Shown: positions 47,258 through 57,541 of the stretch, piece after piece | Layout of the letters: each line of letters opens with the position of its first letter | Numbering within the stretch: position 1 is the first letter of the stretch | Virus record (IMG/VR): IMGVR_UViG_3300033066_001904 | Location: 1-64,000 of that record | DNA length: 64,000 nt | Direction: 5' to 3' (one strand) | Source: a virus | Taxonomy: Duplodnaviria; Caudoviricetes | Position numbers and translations under genes: made by a program | Notes under the pieces: model-generated | Database searches by the model: none | Told to the model about the DNA's origin: nothing | The model's input: the letters and a program-made list of their open reading frames with translations, nothing else

Positions 47258-47966
47258 CTATTGGGATATTTACACCCTCCCCTGTGTAATTTTCATCCTC
47301 TGGCATAAATTTAAGAATAATATCGGGTTGTATTTTTTTATAGTATTCTCTAAAAGCTCTAGAATCTTTTGCTATTAAGTAATTATCTATAAAATCTCTG
47401 ATTGATTTTTGATCTCGCTTTCCCTCTACAGAAGTAATCATATATTTAAGACGAGTAGTTAAATCAAATGAACCTTTAGGAAATGCTTTAGCTAATCCCT
47501 TTAATTCATCCTCTATTTTTTTCTCATCTCCATGAGTTAATAATTTAAATGTTATTTGATTACCGGAGTTAGGTAATTCAAATTTAAATTCGTTCGTTCC
47601 TTTCGTAAATAAACTTTCATCTAACTCTTTAGTTTGTAAAGTTTGTAAATCTATTGTTACTTCTTCATCTTTATATGTGAAACTATAGTCTTTTCCATAA
47701 CCTAATATACGAGCAGCTACTAAGATAGCATTTTTATCCCCCATAACTAAATCATCATAATTAATTTTAGAAACTATTAAAGATTGTAATAATTTATCAA
47801 TAACTGTTCCGTTTTTTATAAAATTTGTATTGGTAAGAATATCTTCCTCGCGAGCCGTCATATATTTCATAGATATAGAACCTGATGATAGCGGATTAGA
47901 CTCGGGGTATACTAGACCTTTTGAGGGCAACATAACTATTTCTGTTGGTAATTTTAATTCAGCCAT
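47223..47966 (-). CDS. Tail/baseplate assembly chaperone (T4 gp26-like)
   Basis: LPSKG..YP, MTAREEDIL, GD.NAILVAAR..GYG; lies between tube and tape measure. Confidence 0.7.
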   Translation of the reverse strand: MAELKLPTEIVMLPSKGLVYPESNPLSSGSISMKYMTAREEDILTNTNFIKNGTVIDKLLQSLIVSKINYDDLVMGDKNAILVAARILGYGKDYSFTYKDEEVTIDLQTLQTKELDESLFTKGTNEFKFELPNSGNQITFKLLTHGDEKKIEDELKGLAKAFPKGSFDLTTRLKYMITSVEGKRDQKSIRDFIDNYLIAKDSRAFREYYKKIQPDIILKFMPEDENYTGEGVNIPIDVNFFWPDAGI

Positions 47967-47992
47967 ATTATATCTTTTGATATAAATATATA

Positions 47993-48217
47993 CTATTCAT
48001 CTTCTTCGTCCAAATTTATATCGAGTCTTTTAAGATCTGATGGACTTTTAGAAACTTCAAAATCATAAACCTCATAAATATCCCCCATATATGACAGTCT
48101 TAATTTAAGATTTTTATTAGGTTCTAATACAAATCCTATAACGGTACATGATGTTTGGTCAGGATCATCTTTCATATATATTGATTGTCCATATTCAAAA
48201 GGGATAGTAACTTTCAT
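47993..48217 (-). CDS. Small hypothetical protein
   Basis: 74 aa, own ATATTTAT upstream. Confidence 0.55.
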   Translation of the reverse strand: MKVTIPFEYGQSIYMKDDPDQTSCTVIGFVLEPNKNLKLRLSYMGDIYEVYDFEVSKSPSDLKRLDINLDEEDE

Positions 48218-48251
48218 ATTAATTGTTTACAATAAATATTTTATAAAGTAA

Positions 48252-48276
48252 AAATGCTCGAATAAATCGAGCATTT
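48252..48276 (-). terminator. Hairpin terminator after the tail tube gene
   Basis: Perfect 10-bp stem AAATGCTCGA/TCGAGCATTT, 5-nt loop. Confidence 0.75.
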
Positions 48277-48296
48277 CTTTTAAATTTAAAATTATT

Positions 48297-48782
48297 TTAG
48301 AAGTTTAATACAGCATAATCAATTGCAAGAGTTAATGCTAATGATATATAACTATCTGCGGCAAAGTCATAATCACCAAAAGTAGCAGTTTTTACATATG
48401 CTCCTTTAAGATGCCATTCTCCAACAACATCCCCTGGAGGTCCAATTATATCAAAAGTTATATCTTTTTTATAAAAATCAGAATAACCGTCTCTACCTGT
48501 TACTGATTCGTGAGCTAAACGAGCCCATTCCATTACGGCTTGAGCACCTGAAGGTGTTATAGGATCATATAATTCAATATTAACATCATTCCATCTAACT
48601 TTACCTTTAACTTTACGATAAACGTTGATATGATCTAATACAATTTCTCCTGCGTCGAATCCTGGAGCTACAACCTTTTTTATCATATATGATGGAATAC
48701 CATCAATATACATTATAAAGCGATTTTGAACTTTAGGCTCAAACGCTGTAAACATTATTTCATTTGGGTTTAATACTGGCAT
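48297..48782 (-). CDS. Tail tube protein (T4 gp19-like)
   Basis: EPK.QNRF, YDPITPSGAQAVMEW, W..KGA; directly after the sheath gene. Confidence 0.9.
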   Translation of the reverse strand: MPVLNPNEIMFTAFEPKVQNRFIMYIDGIPSYMIKKVVAPGFDAGEIVLDHINVYRKVKGKVRWNDVNIELYDPITPSGAQAVMEWARLAHESVTGRDGYSDFYKKDITFDIIGPPGDVVGEWHLKGAYVKTATFGDYDFAADSYISLALTLAIDYAVLNF

Positions 48783-48825
48783 TTTTTAATTATTATTTCT
48801 ATTAATAAATATTATTAATTATGAC

Positions 48826-50547
48826 TTATTGTGGAAAAGTTGCACCAGTAGGAAGAACATTAAAGTCTAATACTATAAATTCAGCTGTTTTAGTTGGTTG
48901 AATATATATTTGTCCTACTAATTGATTTCTATCAATTACATCTGCTGTATTATTAGAATCGTCCATTACCACTTTATAGGCATATAAACCTTGACGTTGA
49001 ACTACTGAATCTAAATATGGGTTTACTTGTGATAGAAATCTATTACGAGTAACTGTTGTATTTTGTTCAAATACTAAATTACGAGCTACTTGTCCTATAA
49101 ATCCTTTAAGATTAATTAATAAACGGCGAACTGAAACTCTATCAAGAGATGTTTGACGTTTTTGTAATGTCTTTTGACCCCATATAACAACTCCTTCACC
49201 AGGAAATGTTGCTAAAGGATTAATATTGGAATTATATAAAGTATCACGATCTGATTGTTGTAGTCTACGTTCAGCTTTTAATACTGATGGAATACCTCCA
49301 CGATTAAGACCTGCTACTGCAAACCATTCTGCTCCTACTTGGTCATTAAATGCGTAAGCTCCTACTACTACTACTGAAGGGGGAACCCATACGGCTTTTC
49401 CTAGATTTGAACTAAATACTTGTACCCAAGGATAATATGCTGCTGCATAATTTGAGGATTGAGCTGATGAGTTATTTGCAGCTGTAGAAATTGCAACCCC
49501 ATACACATCATCATCAACTATTGATATAGAATCACCTCTTCCCTCACAAGTAGAAATTAAAGTTGTCACAGCTCCATGAGTTAATCCTACACCAGGAGCT
49601 ACTAATACATTAAATTGATATTCATCTTTATTACTTAATAAAGCAAAAGCTGCTTGATAGTCTGAAACTCCATATCCCTGAACATTATCAACTATTATAT
49701 TTTCGTTCATTAATTGAGTTTGATCAGTTGGGGCTACTCCACCATTAAAAGAACCACCATATGAACCACTTCCTACAGCTGGTAAAGATCCGCTATATTG
49801 AGTAGATTTATATGAACCATTATTATCAATAGAATCAATTTGAGGTGATACTGCTGAAACTCTAACATATTGTGAAGCATTACCGTATGAACCTGTATAT
49901 GAAACATATGCTGAATCTGTTCCTGTAGCTGCTACATAGGTTGGTTTTTGATCTCCAATTACGCGAGATATAAAATTAGATAAACTTGGATCTAATGATA
50001 AATTAGCCCATGTTTCTAACACATTTTTATTAGAATCATTATCATCTCCACGACGAATTACTAAATTAAAGGTTCCACTACCACTATTTATATTAGTTAC
50101 TTCCCAACGAACATTTGTTGAAGTTCCACTTGATAAAGCCCCACTAACTAAACTACTTGTATTATTCATTATATTACCCCATGAAAGAGTTTCTAATGAA
50201 AAAGCGCTTCCTGTCCCAGAAAGTGTAGGAATAGTAGCGTTTGCATAAGTATTAATATTATTAGAACCACTTATTATACGAGTTATTAATAATGTTTTAC
50301 CACCAGATTGGAAGAATTCTTTTGCTGCTAGAGATGTAAAATATTCATAATAGTAACTTCCACTTTTAAATGTAGAACCAAAAATAGAATCAAATTCACT
50401 ATATGAAGTAACATATGTAGGAATAAGAGGACGCCCTTTTACAGTAGGTCCTACTATAGAAGTTGCGGTTCCTTGAATTCCTTTTTGTACTAAACTTTGA
50501 TCTGACTCATTTAGGAATACACCAGGAGATATTATTTTTTCTGCCAT
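48826..50547 (-). CDS. Contractile tail sheath protein
   Basis: SPGVF..E.D, VGPT..G, YYPW, PPS, GLNRG, INP...F, WGQKT, RV.VRRL. Confidence 0.95.
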   Translation of the reverse strand: MAEKIISPGVFLNESDQSLVQKGIQGTATSIVGPTVKGRPLIPTYVTSYSEFDSIFGSTFKSGSYYYEYFTSLAAKEFFQSGGKTLLITRIISGSNNINTYANATIPTLSGTGSAFSLETLSWGNIMNNTSSLVSGALSSGTSTNVRWEVTNINSGSGTFNLVIRRGDDNDSNKNVLETWANLSLDPSLSNFISRVIGDQKPTYVAATGTDSAYVSYTGSYGNASQYVRVSAVSPQIDSIDNNGSYKSTQYSGSLPAVGSGSYGGSFNGGVAPTDQTQLMNENIIVDNVQGYGVSDYQAAFALLSNKDEYQFNVLVAPGVGLTHGAVTTLISTCEGRGDSISIVDDDVYGVAISTAANNSSAQSSNYAAAYYPWVQVFSSNLGKAVWVPPSVVVVGAYAFNDQVGAEWFAVAGLNRGGIPSVLKAERRLQQSDRDTLYNSNINPLATFPGEGVVIWGQKTLQKRQTSLDRVSVRRLLINLKGFIGQVARNLVFEQNTTVTRNRFLSQVNPYLDSVVQRQGLYAYKVVMDDSNNTADVIDRNQLVGQIYIQPTKTAEFIVLDFNVLPTGATFPQ

Positions 50548-50603
50548 TTTTTAATTAAATTTTATCTAATGATAAATATTAATAAATTAGCACAAAAACG
50601 TAA

Positions 50604-50774
50604 TTATTTTTGATCGTTAGTTACTTGCTTTGAGATTTCTTGCGCTATTACATTATAGGCATTAGCCACATTCATAACATCATCAGCATTTTTAAATACG
50701 CCTTTTTTTATTGCTTTGTTGATAATATCCTTTATTACTAATAAAGAATTTTCTAAGTTTTGATTTGGATTCAT
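50604..50774 (-). CDS. 56-aa hypothetical protein, not in the ORF track (MNPNQNLENSLLVIKDIINKAIKKGVF...)
   Basis: Clean ATG-TAA frame occupying the intergenic gap; helical composition. Confidence 0.6.
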   Translation of the reverse strand: MNPNQNLENSLLVIKDIINKAIKKGVFKNADDVMNVANAYNVIAQEISKQVTNDQK

Positions 50775-50792
50775 AAATTTTATTTTAGAAAG

Positions 50793-50814
50793 TAAGGGGA
50801 ATTAATTCCCCTTA
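50793..50814. terminator. 22-bp perfect palindrome / terminator
   Basis: TAAGGGGAATTAATTCCCCTTA. Confidence 0.6.
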
Positions 50815-50822
50815 AAAATTTT

Positions 50823-51137
50823 TTAGCTAGCCACTACAGTATATTCAATTCTATCTGCTGTTAAAGGTAGAGTTGAACTAAGAGGAATTTGGATAGAAAT
50901 TATAGCTCCTAAAGAGTTATAAGCTGCTATCACAGCAGTTCCTGAACCTACTACTGTCATAGTAATGTCAGCTTTAGCTTGACCAGGTACTAAAGCTACA
51001 GAACAATTACTTTGACCCGCTACGTAAAAACCAGTAAGAGATTGTACAGAATTATCTACATTAGAATAACCTGTAAGACTTACTCTTTTTGTTACATTAG
51101 GATTTAAATCCAAAGTTGCACCTGTTGTTGTTGCCAT
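50823..51137 (-). CDS. Small virion/fibre-associated protein
   Basis: A/T/V/S-rich beta composition, structural operon. Confidence 0.5.
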   Translation of the reverse strand: MATTTGATLDLNPNVTKRVSLTGYSNVDNSVQSLTGFYVAGQSNCSVALVPGQAKADITMTVVGSGTAVIAAYNSLGAIISIQIPLSSTLPLTADRIEYTVVAS

Positions 51138-51166
51138 TTTTTTTTATTTTTAATTTGTAATAAATA

Positions 51167-53164
51167 TTAATCATTTGTAGTTTTAGCTGCTAAATAGTAA
51201 GTATTTCCATCAATTACTACTGTAATAGTTCTATTAGGACTTGTAGGAGAAATACTATTAACAGAATTAGCTGAAATTATTGATTCTCTTACAGAGCCGG
51301 ATCTTACAAAATATAAATTAGTACCATCATATTCCATTGAACCACTTGTTGGGGTGGTTTGTAAAGCTCCCGACGTAAATTTAAGGGGAGAGCAGTTACT
51401 TCCTGTAGCTCCTCCTTTAATATGAAGATATGCTGTAGGAGCTGTAACTCCAACTCCTAAATTACCTGTACTATTACCTGTAGGAGGAGTTGTTCCATTT
51501 CCTAATTGTCCATTATCTGTAAGAGTAGTTTGTCCTATTGACCTAACGAAAATTGAACCTGTTGATGGGGTTCCTGCTGATCCTAATGTTCTGTAAACAG
51601 CATATTGATAACTTCCTGTACAAACAGTCCAGCTTAAAGTAATTGTATTAGAACCAGCTAAAGTAGCATTACCATTAGGAACAGTAATTTCATTACTAGC
51701 GGCATATCCTCCATTGGCTAATTTAGCTACTATAACATACTTATAAGCAGTTGACCCAGTAACACCATTAACTACATAACTAGCTGAGGGAACTTGAGTA
51801 GCAGCTAAAACTAATCCATTAGCATACATATCTCCTTTAAATTGAGCCATATATCCTACGTCTCCTGTTCCAGTATTAGTTTCACCCCAAACCTGATGTC
51901 CATGACTATACATAGTTGATCCTAATCCTGACGCATTAGTAAAAGTTAGGGTAGTTGTATTTGAAGATGCATATGATATAGCTGCTAATCTATTAACATT
52001 AGATGTAAATACTGTATTCCATCTGAAACCATTTGCTCCATTATTATAAGTATTATCCGTAAATGGAACTATACTTCCTTTAGTTATCATAGCACTCCAA
52101 AATCCTGAGGCACCTGTAGGAGAATCAATATACAATCCACAATAACGAGGGTTAGTAGCTCCAGGACCAGCATTAAATGTAGGATTTAGAAATAGAGCGG
52201 GCATTATATCATTTGTGAATGAACCAGATCTACCAGTTATTGTAGGTGCTATATATGCTGCACTTTGAGATGTATTAGTTTGAGTATATGAACCTGTTAC
52301 TACTAATGCATTACTTGAACTCCACTCTAAACCAATTTGGACGTCTCCATCAAATCTATTAGAACCCCCATCTACCCACACAGCATAGTTATTTCCACCG
52401 CTTCCTGTTACTATTGGAGATGCACTAGAAGATTCTACATATAATGTTGCTGTATTTAATAAAAATGAGCTTGTTGTACCTAAAGTTACAGCTGTCATAG
52501 GTCTAACAGCTAAATTAGCACATAAAGATGATGTTCCAACACCTATTGTAAAAGAACTTGCTCCTACTAGTGTACTAGCTCCTATTATTCCATTTGTTAA
52601 TTGAGCTGTTACACTTGTATTTGCTCCTAAAAGTAATCTGAACCATGTACCTAGACCTTGGATATTACCTGCTGTTACTCCACTATTAGTAGCTCCACTA
52701 CCTGCAGGAATATATAAATTTGATGTAGATGTTACAGTTTGAATAAGATTATGTTGAGTAGTCATATTAAAGGTCATAAATCCTGTACCCCCACTATCAC
52801 TAGCTACAGTCCAAGAAAGACCTCCATTTACATCTGATTTAATATATGTACCCCTAACATCTCCTACTTGCCCAATATATAATGCGGCAGTAGTAGTAGC
52901 ATTATCTGGTTGTATTACTCTTAAACAACTATTTAAAGTATTTGTTGAAACTCCTGTGTTTATAAAGGTTGGACGAATATCTACTGCTCCGTTATAAGTT
53001 CCTGCTCTTTGAGAAATTATAGTTGGTTCAAATGAAAAAGCTCTATTAAATGTATATTGCCCTGATGATGGCACAACAGCACTATTATAGAAAGTAGGTT
53101 TAAATACCGATACTTCATTCGATTGATGTACTTGAGGACTTGATATACCAAATGATGATTGCAT
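51167..53164 (-). CDS. Tail fibre/spike-like protein with FN3-like segment
   Basis: G/S/T/N-rich; YKYVIVA...ITLSWT...Y.VYR. Confidence 0.65.
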   Translation of the reverse strand: MQSSFGISSPQVHQSNEVSVFKPTFYNSAVVPSSGQYTFNRAFSFEPTIISQRAGTYNGAVDIRPTFINTGVSTNTLNSCLRVIQPDNATTTAALYIGQVGDVRGTYIKSDVNGGLSWTVASDSGGTGFMTFNMTTQHNLIQTVTSTSNLYIPAGSGATNSGVTAGNIQGLGTWFRLLLGANTSVTAQLTNGIIGASTLVGASSFTIGVGTSSLCANLAVRPMTAVTLGTTSSFLLNTATLYVESSSASPIVTGSGGNNYAVWVDGGSNRFDGDVQIGLEWSSSNALVVTGSYTQTNTSQSAAYIAPTITGRSGSFTNDIMPALFLNPTFNAGPGATNPRYCGLYIDSPTGASGFWSAMITKGSIVPFTDNTYNNGANGFRWNTVFTSNVNRLAAISYASSNTTTLTFTNASGLGSTMYSHGHQVWGETNTGTGDVGYMAQFKGDMYANGLVLAATQVPSASYVVNGVTGSTAYKYVIVAKLANGGYAASNEITVPNGNATLAGSNTITLSWTVCTGSYQYAVYRTLGSAGTPSTGSIFVRSIGQTTLTDNGQLGNGTTPPTGNSTGNLGVGVTAPTAYLHIKGGATGSNCSPLKFTSGALQTTPTSGSMEYDGTNLYFVRSGSVRESIISANSVNSISPTSPNRTITVVIDGNTYYLAAKTTND

Positions 53165-53586
53165 TAATAATGTCCTCCTCTAACTATTACATCTGTTTGA
53201 TCAGGAAACCCGGCATATACTGACTGTCCAGCTGACATTGTTACATTAGCGGCTATATTTAAACCATATGGTGTAAAATCCATTGTAGCTGTAGCACCTA
53301 TAGTTGTTACAGTAGTACTAATACCTGTAATAGCAGTTTCCTTAAGTAATCTAAAATTTGAACCAGTTGTATCACTTAAAAATACTCTCCATACCATAGA
53401 AGACATACTACCTGTTCCCGAGTTTGTAAATGTTATAAAATCTACTCTACTTCCGTTTGCTCCTGCTATAAAAATGGGAGTTAGTGAACCTGATGTATTA
53501 TCTCTAATAGTTTGAATTGAACTAGTTATTCTAGCTCCTGTTGATACAACCGTTCCTACAAAAATGGGTGTTGTATTTGTTGCCAT
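53164..53586 (-). CDS. Fibre-associated structural protein
   Basis: MA.NT.PIF start, GANGSRVD, ends GGHY. Confidence 0.55.
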   Translation of the reverse strand: MATNTTPIFVGTVVSTGARITSSIQTIRDNTSGSLTPIFIAGANGSRVDFITFTNSGTGSMSSMVWRVFLSDTTGSNFRLLKETAITGISTTVTTIGATATMDFTPYGLNIAANVTMSAGQSVYAGFPDQTDVIVRGGHY

Positions 53587-53589
53587 ATA

Positions 53590-55923
53590 TTAATAAAAAT
53601 TTAAATTTGTAAAGATTTTAGATGGTATGTAAATATTGTTAATTCTTGTATCAAACGATGCTGAACTACTTACATAACTACCACTAAATATTGCTAAAGA
53701 TGCACTATCTGTAGTGATTCTTAAAGCGAATGATGCTGAATCCGTTATATAACTAGCCGTAAATATGTTAAATGACGATGTAGTTACATATGATCCGGAA
53801 ATAGCTTTAATTCTTGCATCAAACGATGAAGAATTTGTAACATAGCTAGCTGAAAAAGTTGCTAAAGATGCACTATCTGTAGTAATTCTTGATGCAAATG
53901 ACGCACTATCATTTTGATAACTTGATGTAAATGCGTTGAATGATGACGTTGTAACAAATGAACCTGTATTAATGCTACCACCAGACCCAGATATAGAATT
54001 TATTCTTGCATCAAATGAAGCAGAATCTCCATAATATGATTGAGTAAATGCATAGTAAGATGCTGATATTTGACTTATTTGTGAATTCCAAGAAGCACTA
54101 TCAATCTTATAACTTGAAGTAAATAAATTAAAACTTGAAGTTATATTATTAATTCTATTATCAAACGATGCCGACGTTGTTATAAAACTTGATGAAAATG
54201 TTGTAAATGATTGGCTATCTGTAGTTATTCTAGCCGCAAACGAAGCACTATCATTTTGATAACTTGATGTAAAGGTATTGAATGATGAAGTTATATTATT
54301 AATTCTTGCATCGAAAGAAGCAGATGTTACTATGAAACTTGATGAAAAATTAACATAAGATGATGATACTAATATAAATGAAGAACTTAAATTAGATAAG
54401 TTTGATAAAAATGATGCGCTATCTATTTTATAGCTTGAAGTAAAAGCATTAAACGAAGAAGTAGTAACAAATGAACCTGTGTTAATTAAACTTCCTGCAC
54501 TTCCATTAGAAGCACTTGTTACTCTACCTTTACTATCTACAGTTACCGTAGCATTTGTGTAAGTTCCAGGTACTACTCCAGAGCTTGTTAGTGTAGTATT
54601 TATAGTTCCTGTTCCTGATCCTAAAACATCTCCTTGTAATACAATATTTTGAACTTGATTCGAAGAAGTTGTACTTAATAAAACAATATTATCTAAATAA
54701 AATCCAGGGAATGCTCCTGTATTATTGCCTGTTCTTCTTATTCTTAATCCATTAGCATTACTAATATTTCCAAATGCAGATAAAGGTATAGATATACTTT
54801 GATAACTAGATGAATTACTTGATACAAATCCATAAGTATTAGGTGATAATACTACTGTATTACCGGCGGATGCCGTTCCTGTTAAAAATAGAAAAGTTAT
54901 GGTTTTACTAGCAACCCAAGTTGTTTTACTTTTTATTTGAAAATTTAAAATGTTATAATTAGAAATATTAGGAGATACACTAGATTTTAAATCAATAAAA
55001 TCATTAGCTAATGAATTACTTGCTTCTATTGCAAATGTTCCTTGATAAGGACTTGTTGTTGAATTTAAAAAGAATCTAGTAGGAGTAGTAGCTGAACCAG
55101 ACCATTCTGTAGCAGGATTATTTTCTCTATATATACTTTGAGTAACAATTCCTGGTGAAGTACTATTTGCTAGTACTAAAGCAAATGATATTTCTAGTTC
55201 GGTATCTGTGTCAATATCTGGTTTATCTGGTGTACTAGATGGAGAACCTGATACAATAATAGCCATACTTGCTGTCGTTAAAGCAAATACATCAATTCTA
55301 TCTAAAGTTGGATCACTAGGAGCTAAAGTAAGATTAGTTGATGGACTACTATAATATGTGTTATTAATATAATAAGTAGCTGCGCTAACATTATAATTAT
55401 AATCACTTAACCATGTTACTATTCCCCCATTTACTAGTCCGTTTTGTATAGTATTAATTGAATAACTAGGATGAAAATTCCTTAATCCTCCAGAAGCAGA
55501 ATCATATGCAAATAAATCTCCGTTTTGTAAAGAAGAAGTATAAACATCCTGTAAGTCAAAAAATTTAGTTGCAGAAGACGCTGATATGTTATTAATTCTA
55601 AAATCAAATGATGATGATGCTACATAATAACTTGAAGTAAAAGCACCAAATGATGATGTAGTAACAAATGAACCCGTATTAATAGCCGAACTAGAAATAG
55701 CATTTATTCGTTGATCAAAAGATGCTGAGTCTCCATAATAACTTGATGTAAAATTATTAAAAGAAGATGTTAAAGTATAAAAGGGAGCATATGAAGCTGT
55801 ACCTGCATAAGATGCACTTATTATATTAGTGATTCCTGTTCCATCTCCTTGAAAAGAACCACTAAATGATCCACTTAGTGAAAGTGGCTGACTTAACTGT
55901 TTACCTTTTAATAAATCACTCAT
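53590..55923 (-). CDS. Tail fibre with Ser/Thr-rich coiled-coil repeats and a central CBM-like domain
   Basis: Repeated TSSF..FTSSY..DSASF..RI; fibre motif GVVPGTYTNATVTVDSKGRVT; IPLSAF...FYLDNIVL. Confidence 0.75.
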   Translation of the reverse strand: MSDLLKGKQLSQPLSLSGSFSGSFQGDGTGITNIISASYAGTASYAPFYTLTSSFNNFTSSYYGDSASFDQRINAISSSAINTGSFVTTSSFGAFTSSYYVASSSFDFRINNISASSATKFFDLQDVYTSSLQNGDLFAYDSASGGLRNFHPSYSINTIQNGLVNGGIVTWLSDYNYNVSAATYYINNTYYSSPSTNLTLAPSDPTLDRIDVFALTTASMAIIVSGSPSSTPDKPDIDTDTELEISFALVLANSTSPGIVTQSIYRENNPATEWSGSATTPTRFFLNSTTSPYQGTFAIEASNSLANDFIDLKSSVSPNISNYNILNFQIKSKTTWVASKTITFLFLTGTASAGNTVVLSPNTYGFVSSNSSSYQSISIPLSAFGNISNANGLRIRRTGNNTGAFPGFYLDNIVLLSTTSSNQVQNIVLQGDVLGSGTGTINTTLTSSGVVPGTYTNATVTVDSKGRVTSASNGSAGSLINTGSFVTTSSFNAFTSSYKIDSASFLSNLSNLSSSFILVSSSYVNFSSSFIVTSASFDARINNITSSFNTFTSSYQNDSASFAARITTDSQSFTTFSSSFITTSASFDNRINNITSSFNLFTSSYKIDSASWNSQISQISASYYAFTQSYYGDSASFDARINSISGSGGSINTGSFVTTSSFNAFTSSYQNDSASFASRITTDSASLATFSASYVTNSSSFDARIKAISGSYVTTSSFNIFTASYITDSASFALRITTDSASLAIFSGSYVSSSASFDTRINNIYIPSKIFTNLNFY

Positions 55924-57191
55924 TATACTAATATATATTTACCTACACTAGTTATTTCATCACTAGTATCAATTGAATATCCTAATGCTCCTGTATTAAA
56001 CATTACTCGAACATCACTTCCTATTTCTTGAAAATCAGAAATATATTGGTTTTCTACAAATTGACCATTAATAAAGAATGTAAAATTATTAAGACTCGAA
56101 CTAGGTAAACCTGATCCACTAGGTGGTTGTGATATGTTTACTCCATTAAAGTAAGCAGTGTCACTACCAGATACATTACTAGTTACTACAGGAATTGAAT
56201 TGTTTAAGTATTGTAAACTTGAAGCCCATACTCCACTTCCACTATAATAATTTGTTATATTATATGTATTATTTATATTAAGGCCATCTCCAATAAATGA
56301 AGTATTTTTAATAGTATTTCCTGTAGATAACTGAGAAGAAGCAACGTATGTTGTTTCAGCGTCACCTACACTCTCTAATCCAAAAACAACTTGAGATGTA
56401 GAATAATACATACTTTTACCAGCAATTTCTTTATTAACACTATCTGGGATAATATAACCATTAACTGTTAAATTAAAATTAGTTCTAACTGTTCTGTCTG
56501 ATCCTTGTTCAATAATATTTGTAACTGAAAAATTGTCTATTTTTGATTTAAAATGAAAACGTTTAAAATCTCCCCAATAAGAATCTGATGCAAATTCTAT
56601 GGATTCTATTAATTTATTATTTTGTTCTATGAAATCTGTAAAAACAATACAATTATATGATATAGTAACGTAATCAGGTACTACACTAACATAAAATTGT
56701 TTATTGGGAACTCTATTATTTAATAAAGAAAATTTATCGTATTGATTTTTTGCGTTATAACGTGTTTCAAAAACTTGAAATAAATGACTTTTATTACCGT
56801 CTAATTTGTTACCTAAATTTCTATTTTTTTCAATAGAATCTCTTTTAAACATAATTAGAGGAGCCATTAATTTACCATTTTTATCCCTATAAAATCCATC
56901 ATTTTGTACAGATTTCCAACGTTCAGGAGATCCATATATTATAGGTACATTAATTAAAGTATTATTTTGAACAACTTGTGGTTTTATCGTATTTTCAAAA
57001 TAAAACATAATAGCCTTATCTATATCCTCTAAACTAATTGATATATCTTGAATATTATCATTTTTTCTTGAAATATCTCTACCCCTATTGTCACTTATAG
57101 GAGGTTTTCCAACAGCCTTTTCATAAGGGACAAAATTTTCTTGTTGTACTTCAACAATGGTTTTAGGAATAGGTTTTAGTTTACGTGGCAT
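55923..57191 (-). CDS. Tail terminator/completion protein (T4 gp15-like) with C-terminal extension
   Basis: DIDKAI..YF, VPIIYGSPERW, PDYVTISY; neck-region position. Confidence 0.65.
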   Translation of the reverse strand: MPRKLKPIPKTIVEVQQENFVPYEKAVGKPPISDNRGRDISRKNDNIQDISISLEDIDKAIMFYFENTIKPQVVQNNTLINVPIIYGSPERWKSVQNDGFYRDKNGKLMAPLIMFKRDSIEKNRNLGNKLDGNKSHLFQVFETRYNAKNQYDKFSLLNNRVPNKQFYVSVVPDYVTISYNCIVFTDFIEQNNKLIESIEFASDSYWGDFKRFHFKSKIDNFSVTNIIEQGSDRTVRTNFNLTVNGYIIPDSVNKEIAGKSMYYSTSQVVFGLESVGDAETTYVASSQLSTGNTIKNTSFIGDGLNINNTYNITNYYSGSGVWASSLQYLNNSIPVVTSNVSGSDTAYFNGVNISQPPSGSGLPSSSLNNFTFFINGQFVENQYISDFQEIGSDVRVMFNTGALGYSIDTSDEITSVGKYILV

Positions 57192-57541
57192 TATTTAAGA
57201 TTTTGTTGACGTAATTTAACGTATTTATCTAAAGTATCTAAATCAGCTTTAGCTAAAGATAATAATTTCATTATAGTTCCAGCTGTTTGTTTAATATTTT
57301 CATCATCGTGGAACATTTTATATGGAGCTAGTTCTGTTCTCATTTTAGACAATTGAGATTTCATTCTACCAAAATTAGCTAAATTTTCAACTTTTTGAAA
57401 TTCAGCTCCGGTACGGGGATCAGTCTCATTTGAACCTAATCTAAAGCCCTTGTCAATTAATTCCTGTTCGGAATCTTTTGCTTTGTATCCACGAGGCATT
57501 TGAGTATATACTTCTCTTACTATTTGTATTAATGTTTTCAT
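57191..57541 (-). CDS. Hypothetical protein with leader-like N-terminus (MKTLIQIVRE)
   Basis: 10-aa N-terminus ending in E. Confidence 0.5.
   Translation of the reverse strand: MKTLIQIVREVYTQMPRGYKAKDSEQELIDKGFRLGSNETDPRTGAEFQKVENLANFGRMKSQLSKMRTELAPYKMFHDDENIKQTAGTIMKLLSLAKADLDTLDKYVKLRQQNLK

Noticed and set aside
53590-55923. Fibre repeats as a DGR template/variable pair or a CRISPR-like array
   Set aside because: The repeats are in-frame protein repeats with synonymous divergence, and no reverse transcriptase is present in the window
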